From Chromera velia (lineage: Eukaryota): 51,961 nt of DNA. Every line of letters starts with the position of its first letter. Positions within the stretch are counted from its first letter, which is position 1. Shown one piece after another: positions 10,076 to 21,973 of the stretch. The notes below the pieces were generated by a model, which was not told where the DNA came from, ran no database searches, and saw only the letters and a program-made list of their open reading frames with translations. The stretch is from positions 1 to 51,961 of the forward strand of contig JAHBMJ010000264.1 of NCBI GenBank assembly GCA_018398765.1, read 5' to 3'. A program made the translations under genes and the position numbers.

Positions 10076-12005
10076 TCAGTTCTTCTCTGTCGTCTCTGGT
10101 TCCTCTTCTCCCTTCGATGCCGCCTCATCCATAGCAACATTGCTTCCGCTCCCGTTCTTGTCCTTCCCCCGACCAAACAGACTCTTCCCAGCACCGAAGA
10201 ACCCCTTCCCAAGGGACGTCACACCCTTGCCAACCCCACCCACCGTGGAAGTCACGCCCCCCACCATACCTTCACCCACACTCTTCCCCGCCCCCACCAG
10301 CCCCTTGCCGACACCCGACACGGACCCTGAAGTGAACCCTTCCACGAGGGCCTTCCCGCCCCCTGCGAGGCCGTCTGCCACCTTCCCGACACCCCCCATT
10401 GTGCCACCCACCACGTCACGCACCCCCCCAGTAGCACCAGTCAGAACCTGCCCTCCAGGCACAAAGCCTGCAAGAAACAAACGGAGAGAGACCACAAACA
10501 GCGAGAAGACAAGGACAAAAAGAGTTTGCAAATAAGACCGCACGATGACCTACCGCCTGGGGCCTGGTTGGTTCCTCCTCATGATGCGGTACTGACTCAT
10601 CATCTCATGCAGAATCCTTCCTGAGATAGGCACATTCATTCATCATGCAGTCTGGCTGTTTCTTTGGGAGGCCTGGCCTCAGCTGCCTGTCAGATGTGTT
10701 TTCTTTCGCTCAAAATGCTTCACCTACCCACACGCTCGCCCAAGCAGGCAGAGAAACGCACCCTCGTTCATTTTCCCACTCGATTCTTTTTCCCCACACC
10801 TCTGTCTCCTACACGTCTCACCCTGAAAACACACCGTCACAATCTCAATAGTGAACATTGTAAATGCACGCTCCCATACATACACACGTACGTACACCCC
10901 CCCACCTACCTGCAACTTTATCGATCCCCGAGAGCATGAAGTCCGAGGCACCCTCCACGACGTGACCCGCACCCGAGAAGGCACTCGCCACCGCATCGAA
11001 GCCAGAGTTGGCAATCGTGCGCAGGATGAGGCCATTCAACCAGGCCACCAGACGGAGCTTGTGGCTGAGAATCTGAGGGTCGATCTGCTCGTTCACGAGT
11101 TTAATCGGGGGAACGGCTTGACGCACGCCGAGAGGGCCCCCGACCTTGACATGGATCGTTGCACTCCGAATCAAGGCAATCACCCGCACCCTCGATTCCT
11201 TCTTTACCTTCTCCTTTTCCTTCTTCTTCTCCTCATCCTCCTCTTCCTTCTCGGGCTCCTCTGGGAGCTTTTCGCTCTCTTTGGGAGGGGCGATTTTGGC
11301 GATCAGGCGGTTGATGTTCGTATCCTTGAACTTGGGGTCGTATGCCACGAAGGTGACCTCGACACCGTCAAGCACGACGTTAATGTCAACTGCGAGTGCC
11401 CCCGTGGTCTCTGTCTGGGCCTTCGCAAGACCAACGATGATGGCGTCAGCCCGAACGATTTCGTCCGCCTCGTTCAAACCCTCACAGAGCTTTAAGCCGT
11501 TGGCATCCAGCTGGCAGGTCTTGGCACTGCAGTCCCACGAGGCTTTCAGTTGGGGTTCCTTCATCAGGACCCCCTTCTTGTCCTTCAGGAAGGCAGACAC
11601 GACACGGAGAAGCGACTGACGGAAGAGCCAAATATTTCCCAAAATGACTACTAAAGGGAAAACGAAGTGGCGAAGAACGAACCACAAGGAGAAGAAAATC
11701 GACACGTAAGTGCGAGGAGACAGGACGGTCTTAAAGAAAAGAATCGTATAGGAGGGGAGATCCCAAAGAAGGTAAAAGGATGTGATCCCCATTGAGACGA
11801 AAGTCAAAATCGTCACAACAGCCCAGAGGGGGTGGCCTTTGACCATATCAGTGACGCCCTTGATTGAAATCTCTTTGACAGAAGCCAAGAAAGCGGCATT
11901 CGCCTTCTTGGCTGCTTCTTTGTCTTCGGTACTGCCGTGCGGCGCGGCCGCACCTGCACCCTTGACTTTTTCGTTGTCCATCTTGGTGAGTGGAGGAGAC
12001 GGCAT
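10076..12005 (-). CDS. Uncharacterised membrane protein (~495 aa): N-terminal TM helices, beta-rich AsmA/Chorein-N-like region, Gly-rich amphipathic C-terminus
   Basis: Two exons, 12005-10910 (donor GCAG|GTAGGT) and 10467-10076 (acceptor CTTGCAG|), in phase 1, total 1488 nt. Hydrophobic segments WAVVTILTFVSMGITSFYLLW and YVSIFFSLWFVLRHFVFPLVVILGNIWLF. Tail SGVGKGLVGAGKSVGEGMVGGV. The family assignment is inference. Confidence 0.8.
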
Positions 12006-12623
12006 TCTGCTACCCAGGGGAGGAATGCGAGATGATCAGAAAACACTGCCGAAACCTGCACGGCTTTTTTCTGTCAGCTCAAAGCAACAACGATCAGCAC
12101 AACCAATTTGTACGAAATGCTACTGTTGAATGTGGGCACAAGCTCGGCGGAAGATGGCGGAGGATGACGAAAAATGACGACAGATGACGACAGTTTTCAA
12201 AGTTACTCGGCACAAAAATGCGATTCAATGAGGATTTTCCGGGGCCCTTTTTATGAAGGTATTCTACGGGTCCTTAATTGAAAGCGAAATGCGTGCGAGC
12301 CCAATATGCCGCGTGCAACGCGTGTTGCTTCACAGAAAACGGAACCCGCCGTCTCCGACTCTCCGCAGTGTCCGCACTCGATCTACGTCCGGCCAGATCG
12401 ATTAGAGGCCTCCAAGATCTTCCAAGATGCCGAACAAAAACTGAGAGAGTTGGGTGGAAGCCCACCGCACAAGTTTCACTTATTTGCCGCATTACTGCAC
12501 GGTCAGGGGTGCAGTTTTGGCACTACGTGGTGCACGGTGCACGGAGTTAGTTGCATGTTGACGTGTTGTCTTGCGCCTGTCGGATCCCCCCTCAGCTAGT
12601 TCCTACTGCTTCTGCTTGGCATC
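12006..12623. promoter_or_regulatory. Putative bidirectional promoter (membrane protein / MFS transporter)
   Basis: About 620 bp between divergent ATGs, microsatellite-free, with CGCGT/GTGCAC motifs. Confidence 0.45.
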
Positions 12624-14623
12624 ATGGCACTTCATAAAGCAGATCTGAGACCTATCTGGGTCGTCTTCTGTGCCTTCGTGTACAACCTGACTCTGGGGAG
12701 TGCATACTGCTTCTCAAATATCGCACCGTATGTTGCGTCGTTCATGCGACAGGTGGGTCGGCCAGCCCACAGCCTGATGGAGGGAGGCATTCAAGCAATC
12801 GCGCGTGCAGCATTGTCCGCATCTCCTCACCCTTCTTCTCTTTCTCTCGTGGGATGTACCGACGTGTCTTCCTGGCTGCGCGATTGCAGGAGAACGCTCG
12901 TCCTATCAGGCATCGAGATATGTCGTACGTGTACATTGCGGGTGGGTCAACAGAAGGAATGGAAAGACAACGCAGAATTAATCTGTCTGCCTTACTCTGC
13001 TGTCTCATTGGCGCTTGAGTCTCAGCCTTTCCCCTTGCATATCGCTTCTCTCTGAGTCTAGGTCTAAGGAGCGGCAGGGGTCACTCCCGCTCACCCCCCC
13101 CCTCGCCCCCTCCCCTCTCCATGTACGTGTCCATGTATGTGTTGCAAAGAGAAAAAACCGACTCTCACTGTGTGGCGTCTGTTTTCTTCCTTTCGTCTCT
13201 CTGAGGCAGCCATGACAGGCATCGGGTGCACCCTCTACTTGGGGGGCAAACTCGAACACGCTCTCGGACCGAGGTAGGTGGGTTCGTGAGTTGATAGGAA
13301 GAGAGGCTGCCTGTGTAGCTGATCGAGTGAGAGGGCGCGGGCGTCTCTTGACTGACAGGATTCAACCTCCATTCCTGAATTTCCCTTTTTGAGCTTCCCT
13401 TCGTCTCGTTTTTTCTTCCCTTCCCTTCCCTTCCCTTCCCTTCCCTTCAGTTCCGTGAATGAAAGTTTCTGAATTGATGGAACGGCAGTGGCCTGTTTCA
13501 TGAATCGTTCCTTCCGTCTTCGGTGTCATATTATGGCGTGAACAGTCCCCTGAGAAAGAAGAGTCCGGCCCTGCCGGCAATTTTTGTGCGCTCCGACACA
13601 AAGCTGGGTTGCAAGCAACTTCAAAAGATGGTGTATGACCCATTTTTGAGTCGTGCGCGTGGACGCGCGAAAGAACGTTATAACCCTATGCACCTCGAAG
13701 AAAGTTGAGAACCAATTATGCTCTGAAGCGTCTGCGGACTGAGGATTTGCTGGGAATGCGTGTAGGCGTACAGTCTTTTTCTTCTTCAAAGAATTATAAT
13801 GACAGAAGTGATTACTGCAATTTTTGGTTGCATACGTCTACATATCACCCATTGCCTGCACTTCCTTTTCTTCTGATGCACGTGCAGACTCTCTGCGGTG
13901 GTTGGAGGGCTTCTGATGAGTATGTCCGTTTTCTTCTCCCACCTGACCGTCGACAGATTTGAGTGGTTCATCCTCACCCAGGGCCTTCTGTATGGTATAG
14001 GGAACGGAATCGCCTTCCCGGCAGCACTCAGCTGTGCGATCAGATGGATACCCCACAGGAAGGGCCTGGTGTCGGGTATCGTGACTGCAGGGATTGGACT
14101 CAGCCCCCTCATCATCGGGCCTCTACAGGTGAGTGCCTTGCTTTGCTCCTCCAGTTCATGCTTGCGATTACACACGGAGGCTTAGGTGTACCCCTCATCC
14201 ATCAGAAGTCTACTCCGCACGTGGTGATTACTTTCTGAAGGTGATTCGCAATATGCATGTCTACTGAAGTCCTGTGGCAAGACTGGTCTCATTCAGACAG
14301 TGTCTGTCACTCCTTTCTACTCTCTCTCTCTTGATCTGCTCTCTCTCTTCATTTGCCTGTCTGCACGCAGACCCTGTTGGTGAACCCGAAGAACAAGCCC
14401 CCAACATACGAGCCCTTCGAAAGCTCTCTGCCCCAAGAGAAGTATTACGATGACAGAGAGGTGAGGTTGGGGGGGTGGCGTTAGTTGACGAGGGAGCAAA
14501 TAAATCGGTGGAGGAGAGAAGCGACGGGAACGTTGGAAGGAAAAGAGGAAAGGGGGATACATTTGCCGAATGAAAGATTGAGAACCGAAAGCTTCAAAGA
14601 AAATTTTGTTCACCTTTTCTTCC

Positions 14624-14676
<53 letters not shown>

Positions 14677-16027
14677 TGTGTGTATTTGTGGTCGTCCTCA
14701 AGTTTCAAGTTCTGTCTGCGTGCAGACTTGCGGGCGTGTCTGTGTCCTCGTGCCTATCCTAACGCATTCGTTGGCATTTCCGATTCCTGCAGATTCTCGC
14801 GAATGTCCCAAGGCTCTTTCAATTTCAGGTCGGTCCTTTTGCGTGCTTGTCTGTCTGTGTCCTGAGCGCTTTCAAAGAGGAAAGCAGACTGACAGACAGG
14901 TTGCACCGAGCGCAGCAGGCAGGTGCGCAGACGGACGAAGGAGAGGAGAAAACAGGAACGACTGAGAAGGCCGAAAGGGAGTTGACGGGCACAAAGAATA
15001 GAGAAGAAAGACCTGGACTGATAAAGGGATCTGTGAGGAGGAAGTGGTCATGTACTCACTCCACTGTTTTCCCCTCGGCTTTTGTGGGCTCGTCTTCTGT
15101 CTTTCTTTTCCCCCTCTCCTCTCCTCTTCACTCACGCAGGCGGCCTTCATGTTCAGTGTTCAATTCGTCTTCTGTCTTTTCCCCCTCTCCTCTTCACTCA
15201 CGCAGGCGGCCTTCATGTTCAGTGTTCAATTCGTCTTCTGTCTTTTCCCCCTTTCCTCTCCTCTTCACTCACGCAGGCGGCCTTCATGTTCAGTGTTCAA
15301 TTCGTCTTCTGTCTTTTCCCCCTCTCCTCTTCACTCACGCAGGCGGCCTTCATGTTCAGTGTTCAATTCGTCTTCTGTCTTTTCCCCCTCTCCTCTCCTC
15401 TTCACTCACGCAGGCGGCCTTCATGTTCAGTGTTCAATTCGTCTTCTGTCTTTTCCCCCTCTCCTCTTCACTCACGCAGGCGGCCTTCATGTTCAGTGTT
15501 CAATTCGTCTTCTGTCTTTTCCCCCTCTCCTCTCCTCTTCACTCACGCAGGCGGCCTTCATGTTCAGTGTTCAATTCGTCTTCTGTTTTTTCCCCCTCTC
15601 CTCTCCTCTTCACTCACGCAGGCGGCCTTCATGTTCAGTGTTCAATTCGTCTTCTGTCTTTTCCCCCTCTCCTCTTCACTCACGCAGGCGGCCTTCATGT
15701 TCAGTGTTCAATTCGTCTTCTGTCTTTTCCCCCTCTCCTCTCCTCTTCACTCACGCAGGCGGCCTTCATGTTCAGTGTTCAATTCGTCACTGCGCTTTTT
15801 CTTGTCAACCCGCCGCCCTCGAGAACCGACATTGACGTCGAGCTTCAGGTGGGTGGAATGACTTTTTCTTCAAGTCTCCTTAATTTGCTTTCGGTCGACA
15901 TTCACTCTTAGAAAGAGGTAGGGACAGAACGTCGCCAGGCTTTAATATGAAAGAATATCTTTTCCAGTCACAGACAAAGAGTCCTTCGGTCTTGAATTGC
16001 CCCCTTTCCCCTCCCCGGTCACTCTCT

Positions 16028-16069
<42 letters not shown>

Positions 16070-18655
16070 CCTGCGTTGTTGCCTGTAAGAAGTTCATTCA
16101 GTTCACTTCAAGACGCTCATGCGTGCCGTCTCTTTTGAGGGAGAAAAGACAGGTGATTGAGACGGTGGAAAACAAAACAGACGGGGAGATTGGAGAAGGT
16201 TTTTTTTATGGGCGAATCAAATCAACTGTATTGGTCCTTAGTGGGTGTTATTAATATCCTTTGGTGGGTATCGGGCCTGGTTTTGCCTTTTGGTCTGTGC
16301 AGTATTTTCCGGCAGAAGAGCCTCTATCGTTGTTGCACCATAGATAGCGGACGAATATTTACAAGCCATGCGTGGCACAGAGGAAAATCTCTCCCTCCGA
16401 TTAATTGACTTTCCAATTCGACTCCATGGGCCCGTCTCTCTCTTGACGACTTCCTCGCTCTCTGTCTGTCTGTGTGTCTGTGTCTGTGTTCGAACAGTTG
16501 AAAAAGATGCACAGCGACGACGCGGAGAGCAGGAGTCTCTCCCCTGCACAGCTGATAAGAAGCAGGGCTTTTTGGATTCTGTGGGGGGTGTTTGCGTTCT
16601 CGGCAGTGATGGTCTCGTTCATTGCCTCTTTCTGGAAGGTTCGTTAGTGGGTTGGTTGGGCTTTCTCTCTCTTCTTGCACTCTCGCTCTCTCTGTGGACG
16701 CGTGATTGTTTTGCGATTCGTTCATGCCTCTGTCTGGCTGGCTGGCGGGCTGGCTCGAAAAAAAAAAAAAGAGAGAAACAGCAGGAATTCAAACAGACAG
16801 ACAGACACTCGAAGTTATGTTCTTCTTTGGCGAGTTTCCAATGTCGGACGGCATTGTTTGTGGGTTCCTTCCCAAGATTTGCAGGACAAAGCAGGCTCTT
16901 TGTGCCTCTCTTCCTCTGACTTTCACCTTCCTCTTCCATCTTGCAAACGACAAACAAATCTCCGAACGAGTCTCTGTCCCGTCCGAACAGAACAGTCAGA
17001 GCTCTCCTGCCTGCAGACTTGATTGAATTCTCTCCCTCCCTCCTCTGCCTCTCTTCGTCTCTCTCTCGCGTGTGTGTGTATGTGTGTGTGTGTGTGTGTC
17101 CAGTTGGTGGGGCAAGAAGCGGGATTGGCAGACCATGTGTTGGGACTTCAGGGGTCTGTGGTGCTCTCTGTTGGCAGCGTGGTGGGCCGACTCCTTTGGG
17201 GACAGCTGCACGACCTGATGGGATTCAGGAAGACTATGGTCAGTCAATCAGTCAGTCAGTCAGCCAGCCAGCCAGTCAGTCAGTCAGTCGGTCAGAGGAG
17301 AGGAGAGGAGAGGAGAGGAACACCGTTTTGAAAGAGAGTGGTGCGTCTGTCTGTCGGTGTGGTTTCGCTGTTGTTTTTTTCTCTCTGTTTCCCTCTTTTC
17401 TTTCTCTTTCGCTTTCTCTCTGTGTATGTTTGTGTGTGTGTGTGTGTGCATCTGTTTTTTGTTTCTCGCCGCAGAGTGCCTTGACAGTTCTTCCTTCCAC
17501 CTCTCGTCTTCTCAGAGCTGAAAAGTTCAAAAGTCCTCCTGCCTGGCTCTTTGTGTGTCTCTCTGTTCCTCCTGTCGATGGCTTCTGTTCAGTCATCTCG
17601 TGCACTTGGAATGCCAAACAGGAAGGATATGAGGCAGTTCGTCTGTTCGCTTCATGTTTGCAGGGCCTCTTGCTTCCCTTAGCAGCCGTGTTGCTGTTTT
17701 TATGGACTTCTGTCTCCGTGTGGCTTGGCGCTCCTGCCTTCTTGGGCATGCTCGGGCTCCTCTACCTCTGCGTTGGAGGCACATTCGCTCTCTTCCCGCC
17801 GGTCGGAGGGAGAAAGGGAGGGGGGGGAGTCGAGTCGTGTTTTCCTTTTTGCCAATTGTGTTGCGCCCTCACACTTTTCTGGTTGGTCCCCGGAATTTGA
17901 GCTACCCAGCGCTAACTCCCTTCTGGCAGTTTCTGAGTTGCATGTAGGCTTTTGCTCTCTTCGTTGCGAAGTGCAGACACTTGCCACAGAATGGGGGCAA
18001 TCGGCTCCGTTTCTTACCCAAAAACGGGGAATGTACGATGAAATGATTTGTAGACCCAGATTTGCGCCTGTATGCATGCCTTCTTTCTGTCTCTGCAAAG
18101 TGCAGATCGTCGCCACAGCGTTTGGAGCCCGTCATTTTGGTTCAAACTATGGTGTGATGTATTCTGCTCGAGTTGTGTCGACCCTTCTGTTTGGCCTCCT
18201 TATACGGTACGAAGCTCTTCTGGTCAGTCAGTCAATCTGCCGTCCAGTCAGTCCGTCCGATCGTTCGGAAAGCAAAGAGGCCAGCAACAGTAAGCCAGTC
18301 AAGCGCTAGGTCAAGCAGCCAGTCAGTCAGTCGGCAGTGTCAACAAGTGTTCGTTTTTGTTGTTTCTCCTCGTGGTTGGAGGTGCTGGAAGGTTCCTTCG
18401 CGTCGTCCTTCCTTCGATGCTCCTGATCTTGCGCGGTAGCATTCTCGCTGCCCTTGCCAGCGACCAATTGGTGCCCACTTTCACCTTCTCTTTTTGCAGC
18501 CAAGCACAGAGAGGCTTGCTCAGGCCGCAGCAGGGTGCGCAACGATGGCATGGTTCCTTCTTTTCGTCTTCAAGCCGCCGCTTCTTGGAAACGGGAGAGC
18601 CTCTCTCCTCTCTCAAATAAGAAGAGCTTCTTTGAGATCAAACAACAGCACTTAA
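12624..18655 (+). CDS. MFS transporter, oxalate:formate antiporter / monocarboxylate-porter-like (~462 aa, 12 exons)
   Basis: Exons 12624-12752, 12890-12941, 13210-13273, 13888-14128, 14371-14460, 14793-14828, 15759-15848, 16498-16638, 17104-17238, 17664-17801, 18106-18222 and 18500-18655 join in frame (1389 nt). Motifs: GGKLEHALGPR (motif A), GLLYGIGNGIAF...WIPHRKGLVSGIVTAGIG, SPAQLIRSRAFWILW, GRLLWGQLHDLMGFR, GGTFALFPP..ATAFGARHFGSNYG. Confidence 0.9.
15090..15788 (+). repeat. Tandem array of 66/71-bp units, each a copy of the 3' splice site plus the first ~30 nt of MFS exon 7 (10 acceptor copies)
   Basis: Unit TTCTGTCTTTTCCCCCTCTCCT(CTCCT)CTTCACTCACGCAG|GCGGCCTTCATGTTCAGTGTTCAATTCGTC. The AG ends lie at 15139, 15205, 15276, 15342, 15413, 15479, 15550, 15621, 15687 and 15758. 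Confidence 0.95.
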
Positions 18656-18743
18656 GAACTTGACTCTCGTGCTGGGCTCTGCAGGGTTTTTCAAAATGAG
18701 CTCAGTTTTTAAAATACTATTTGATATATACTTTCGATGTAAT

Positions 18744-18744
<1 letters not shown>

Positions 18745-18778
<34 letters not shown>

Positions 18779-18812
18779 CTGTGTCTGTGTGCGTGTGTGT
18801 GCATCTGTTTGA

Positions 18813-18881
<69 letters not shown>

Positions 18882-18950
18882 TGTGACTCTGTGTGTGTGT
18901 CTGTGACTCTGTGTATGTGTGTCTGTGTCTGTGTCACAGTGTGTGTGTTT
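18745..18950. repeat. (TG)n microsatellite downstream of the MFS stop
   Basis: Directly visible. Confidence 0.9.
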
Positions 18951-19028
18951 ATCTGTAAATCTAGCTGTCTTATCACTACCGCGGTTCGTACATCCCGGCC
19001 AATATTTTTGTAGCTAGCTGGATTTTTA

Positions 19029-20010
19029 ATTGATTGATTGATTGATTGATTGATATGTTCCGCCCTAGGGCCTTCCCGCTATGTCTATCTGTCGCCAGAG
19101 CTAGCAGGGCGGGGCGTTCCCCAGCCTAAGCTGAGGTATCAGACCCCGCCCTCGGGGCCCGCCAGAGTTTGCTGCCCTGGCCGCTGCTGCATGATTGTTC
19201 GTTGTTCGAGCCACGGCTCTGGATCCGCGTTGGCTTTCCAGCCTGAAAATTGATCTGAAATGGCATGTGATTTGGGCTTCCTCACTCTTTTTGTTTGCTT
19301 TATCAATCTTCTTCTACGGCTCCCTCCTTCCCCACCCTAACGCTCCTTCAGTCGTCTCTAAGTTATCAATTGTCTCCTCATATTCTTTTGTTAGTCTCTC
19401 GATCGCCCGCTGCCTTCCGGTGATTCCTGCATGTCTGGCCGCCAGAGCGTCTCCCTCTATGTGTCCGTACCGTCCTGGACACTCCTCAAACACCCTCCGT
19501 CTGAATGATGCCCATCCCAAAAACTCATCCACTCCGGTATGACATTCATTCAACAGAAAACAGAAAAGCGTCGAGTTGTCCCTTCTTCCCTCTTCTCTGT
19601 TGAGCCCTTTTCTTTCTGTGGCTGCCTTTCTGACTCTTTCTTCCATCTTGCTGTCCCATTTCTCTTCTATCTTTCTGAACATCTCTGCTCTCTCTCTGTC
19701 AAAAACAGGACATTCTGTCACCAGATGGATTTCATCTTCCACCACCTCGATTCCCAACCACCCTCGACAGAACTGGCACATCCATTTTCTGTAACGGCAC
19801 CTTCTCTCCCCCCCTTACCGGAATTTTTCCCTGAGTCGCAGCCACAGCCCTGTCTTCCACCCTGCATGCTGTTCTCCTCCTGTGTTCTGATCGCGGCGCC
19901 ACTCTCGTATAGCAAAAAGGGGCTCTCCCTATTCTCTCTCTGTCTATTTTCATTGTCGACCCAACCTTTCTACCTGCTCTGTCTTCAAATAAAGAAAGGT
20001 GGAGACGGAT
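19029..20010 (-). mobile_element. 5'-truncated non-LTR retrotransposon (LINE) fragment A: ORF2 C-terminus, 3' UTR and (CAAT)n tail
   Basis: ORF 19314-19781 has a CCHC knuckle, CQFCRGWLGIEVVEDEIHLVTECP, typical of LINE ORF2 C-termini. The GC-rich 3' UTR has the inverted repeat GGGCGGGG...CCCCGCCC. The tail appears as (TTGA)n at 19030-19053 on the + strand. Confidence 0.8.
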
Positions 20011-20015
20011 AAGTA

Positions 20016-20247
20016 ATAAGTGATTTATTGGTACCCTTGACCACTCTCCCCATTTTGTCTTGTAGAGGTCGCCCCCACAAACTATACCTAGTACTCCTAG
20101 AGTTACTTAGTTTCTAACTTAATTTAAATTTGGAGATTTTTTTAAAAAATAAAATATTAATATTAAAAATTGCATGAGTGATAAGTGATTTAGTGGTACC
20201 CTAGAGCACTGTCACCGTTTTGTCTTATAGAGGTCGCCCCCGCAAAC
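20016..20247. repeat. Diverged 67-bp direct repeat, 165-bp spacing
   Basis: ATAAGTGATTTA(T/G)TGGTACCCT...TTTTGTCTT(G/A)TAGAGGTCGCCCCC(A/G)CAAAC at 20016-20082 and 20181-20247. Confidence 0.85.
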
Positions 20248-20254
20248 GGCAGGA

Positions 20255-21705
20255 GGATGTACCTCATCGCTGAGGCTTAAACCACACCCTGTAGCCCGCC
20301 TGGTTTCTCAGGCCGCTAACAAACAACAATCTGTCTGCGCTTTGCATCCTGTGGTCAATGGGCTGCTCAGAAGAGACTGTTCCCAAAATCGATCCAATGA
20401 TACAGGACAAAAGGACACTTTGGCTTTGTGCATGCCCTCTTTCCATTCTTCTCTTAACGATTTTTCTTTCTCCTTCTCTCAGTTATCTACCTGCTTCCAT
20501 CGCCTCCAGGATGGTTTTGTATTCTTCTTTTCTTCTTTCCGTTCCTTGCTTTCTTTTGAGGATCACTCCGTGCCTCTGTGCCAACACTGTTTCATCTAAT
20601 AAGCTTCCCGGTACGTACCTTCCTATGCTTTCCTTGAACGCTCTTCTTCTAAACGCCGCCCTCCCCAGAAACCCATCTACCGCACTATGCCCTTCGTTTA
20701 TCAAGAATTTGAATAGAGCCTCAGTTTATAGTCTTCCTCTTTATCCTTCTCTTTTCTCTCTGCAAACTTCTCTTGCCCTCTTTTCTTTTCCTTTGTTCCA
20801 GTCCGCTCCTAATGCTCTATATATGTCTGTTCTCTCTCTATCATAAATCGGACACTCCGTCAGTATATGGATTTCATCCTCCAACACCTCTGTTTCTATC
20901 CATCCTTTGCAAAAAGGGCAAAGTCTCTCCTCCAACGGCACTCTCTGCCCTCCTCTTTCTAGTACTTTTCCCTTTGTTTCCGCTCACATCCTGTCTCCCA
21001 CTCTACATGCTGCTCTCCTTCTGTGCTCTCCTCTTGGTGCTACCCTTCTATAACAGAAGGGCACCGGTCTCAGTTTTTCTCTCTCTATTTTTATTCCTTC
21101 TCTTGGTCTTTCTTCTGATGCTTTCTCAAACAAAGTGAGCTGCAGTCTGTTTCCGTTTGCTTTTATTCTGTGTATATGTGCTATATAGACGTTTCTATTT
21201 TTTTTCCCTCTTTTCTATCTCTTTCTTTCACTCCCCTTTCAATTCTCTACCTGAAGATTTCTTTCTTTCTCTCTTTTATCTCTTTATTTGTCTTGCTTAC
21301 AATCTATTTCTCTATCCTGTCTACTCTTTTATTCACCGCATGTGTCCCTATCTCTCCTGATTGGCCTGCGAGCTTCTCTTTTGAAAAAGGATGAAGGCCT
21401 CTCTCTGTGAATAGTGTCTGTATGCATTTCTTCAAAATCTGATGCAGAAAGAAGTGAAAGGGATGCAACTTTGTTCTGCTTCCCCTCTTCAGTTCATCTT
21501 CTACTCCTCTTCTCAAGCAATGAATGACAGCCTGCCCAATCGTCTCCTTCCTCTTTTCTTTCAGTGCCTTTCTTGCCCATCTGATCATCCTCTCTACCAT
21601 TTTAATGTCAATTGGAAAGATTTCGCCCTCCATCAATATAGTGTCTGCGCTTTCCGTCTTCCTTAGCCCCAAGACCCACCTGATAAAGCGTCTTTTTTTT
21701 TGTCG
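20255..21705 (-). mobile_element. Decayed 5'-truncated LINE fragment B, related to fragment A
   Basis: Post-RT segment FIRWVLGLRKTESADTILMEGEIFPIDIKMVERMIRW and knuckle CPFCKGWIETEVLEDEIHILTECP. FLINEGHSAVDGFLGRAAFRRR matches FLLNECHTGVDEFLGWASFRRR of fragment A. Multiple stops. The 3' UTR is similar to A (GCTGAGG...GCCCGCC...GGCCGCT). Confidence 0.8.
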
Positions 21706-21929
21706 AATTCTGCACAGGCCCTGAGGGATGTCATTGAGGGGGCGTTTTATATGAAAATATTGCATCTCTACTTGTATACATCATTCTAGGCATCATCATG
21801 ATGATGATTACACTATCATAAGTCAACATTAGAGTCAACAAAACAACAGATTGTTTTTATTCTAGTTTTTATTATACAACGAAAGCTGCATGCTACATAA
21901 TGGGACGGCTGCATGCTGTTAGCGGTGGT

Positions 21930-21973
21930 GAGTCGCTGGTGACACCTTGAGATAATGGAAAGGCCTACCGGAG

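Noticed and set aside
15090..15788. CRISPR-like appearance of the regularly spaced repeat
   Set aside because: There are no unique spacers and no cas genes, and the unit is the host gene's own intron/exon junction.
14847..15911. Three overlapping 259-354 aa ORFs
   Set aside because: They arise from a stop-free tandem repeat. Only the last unit is clearly exon.
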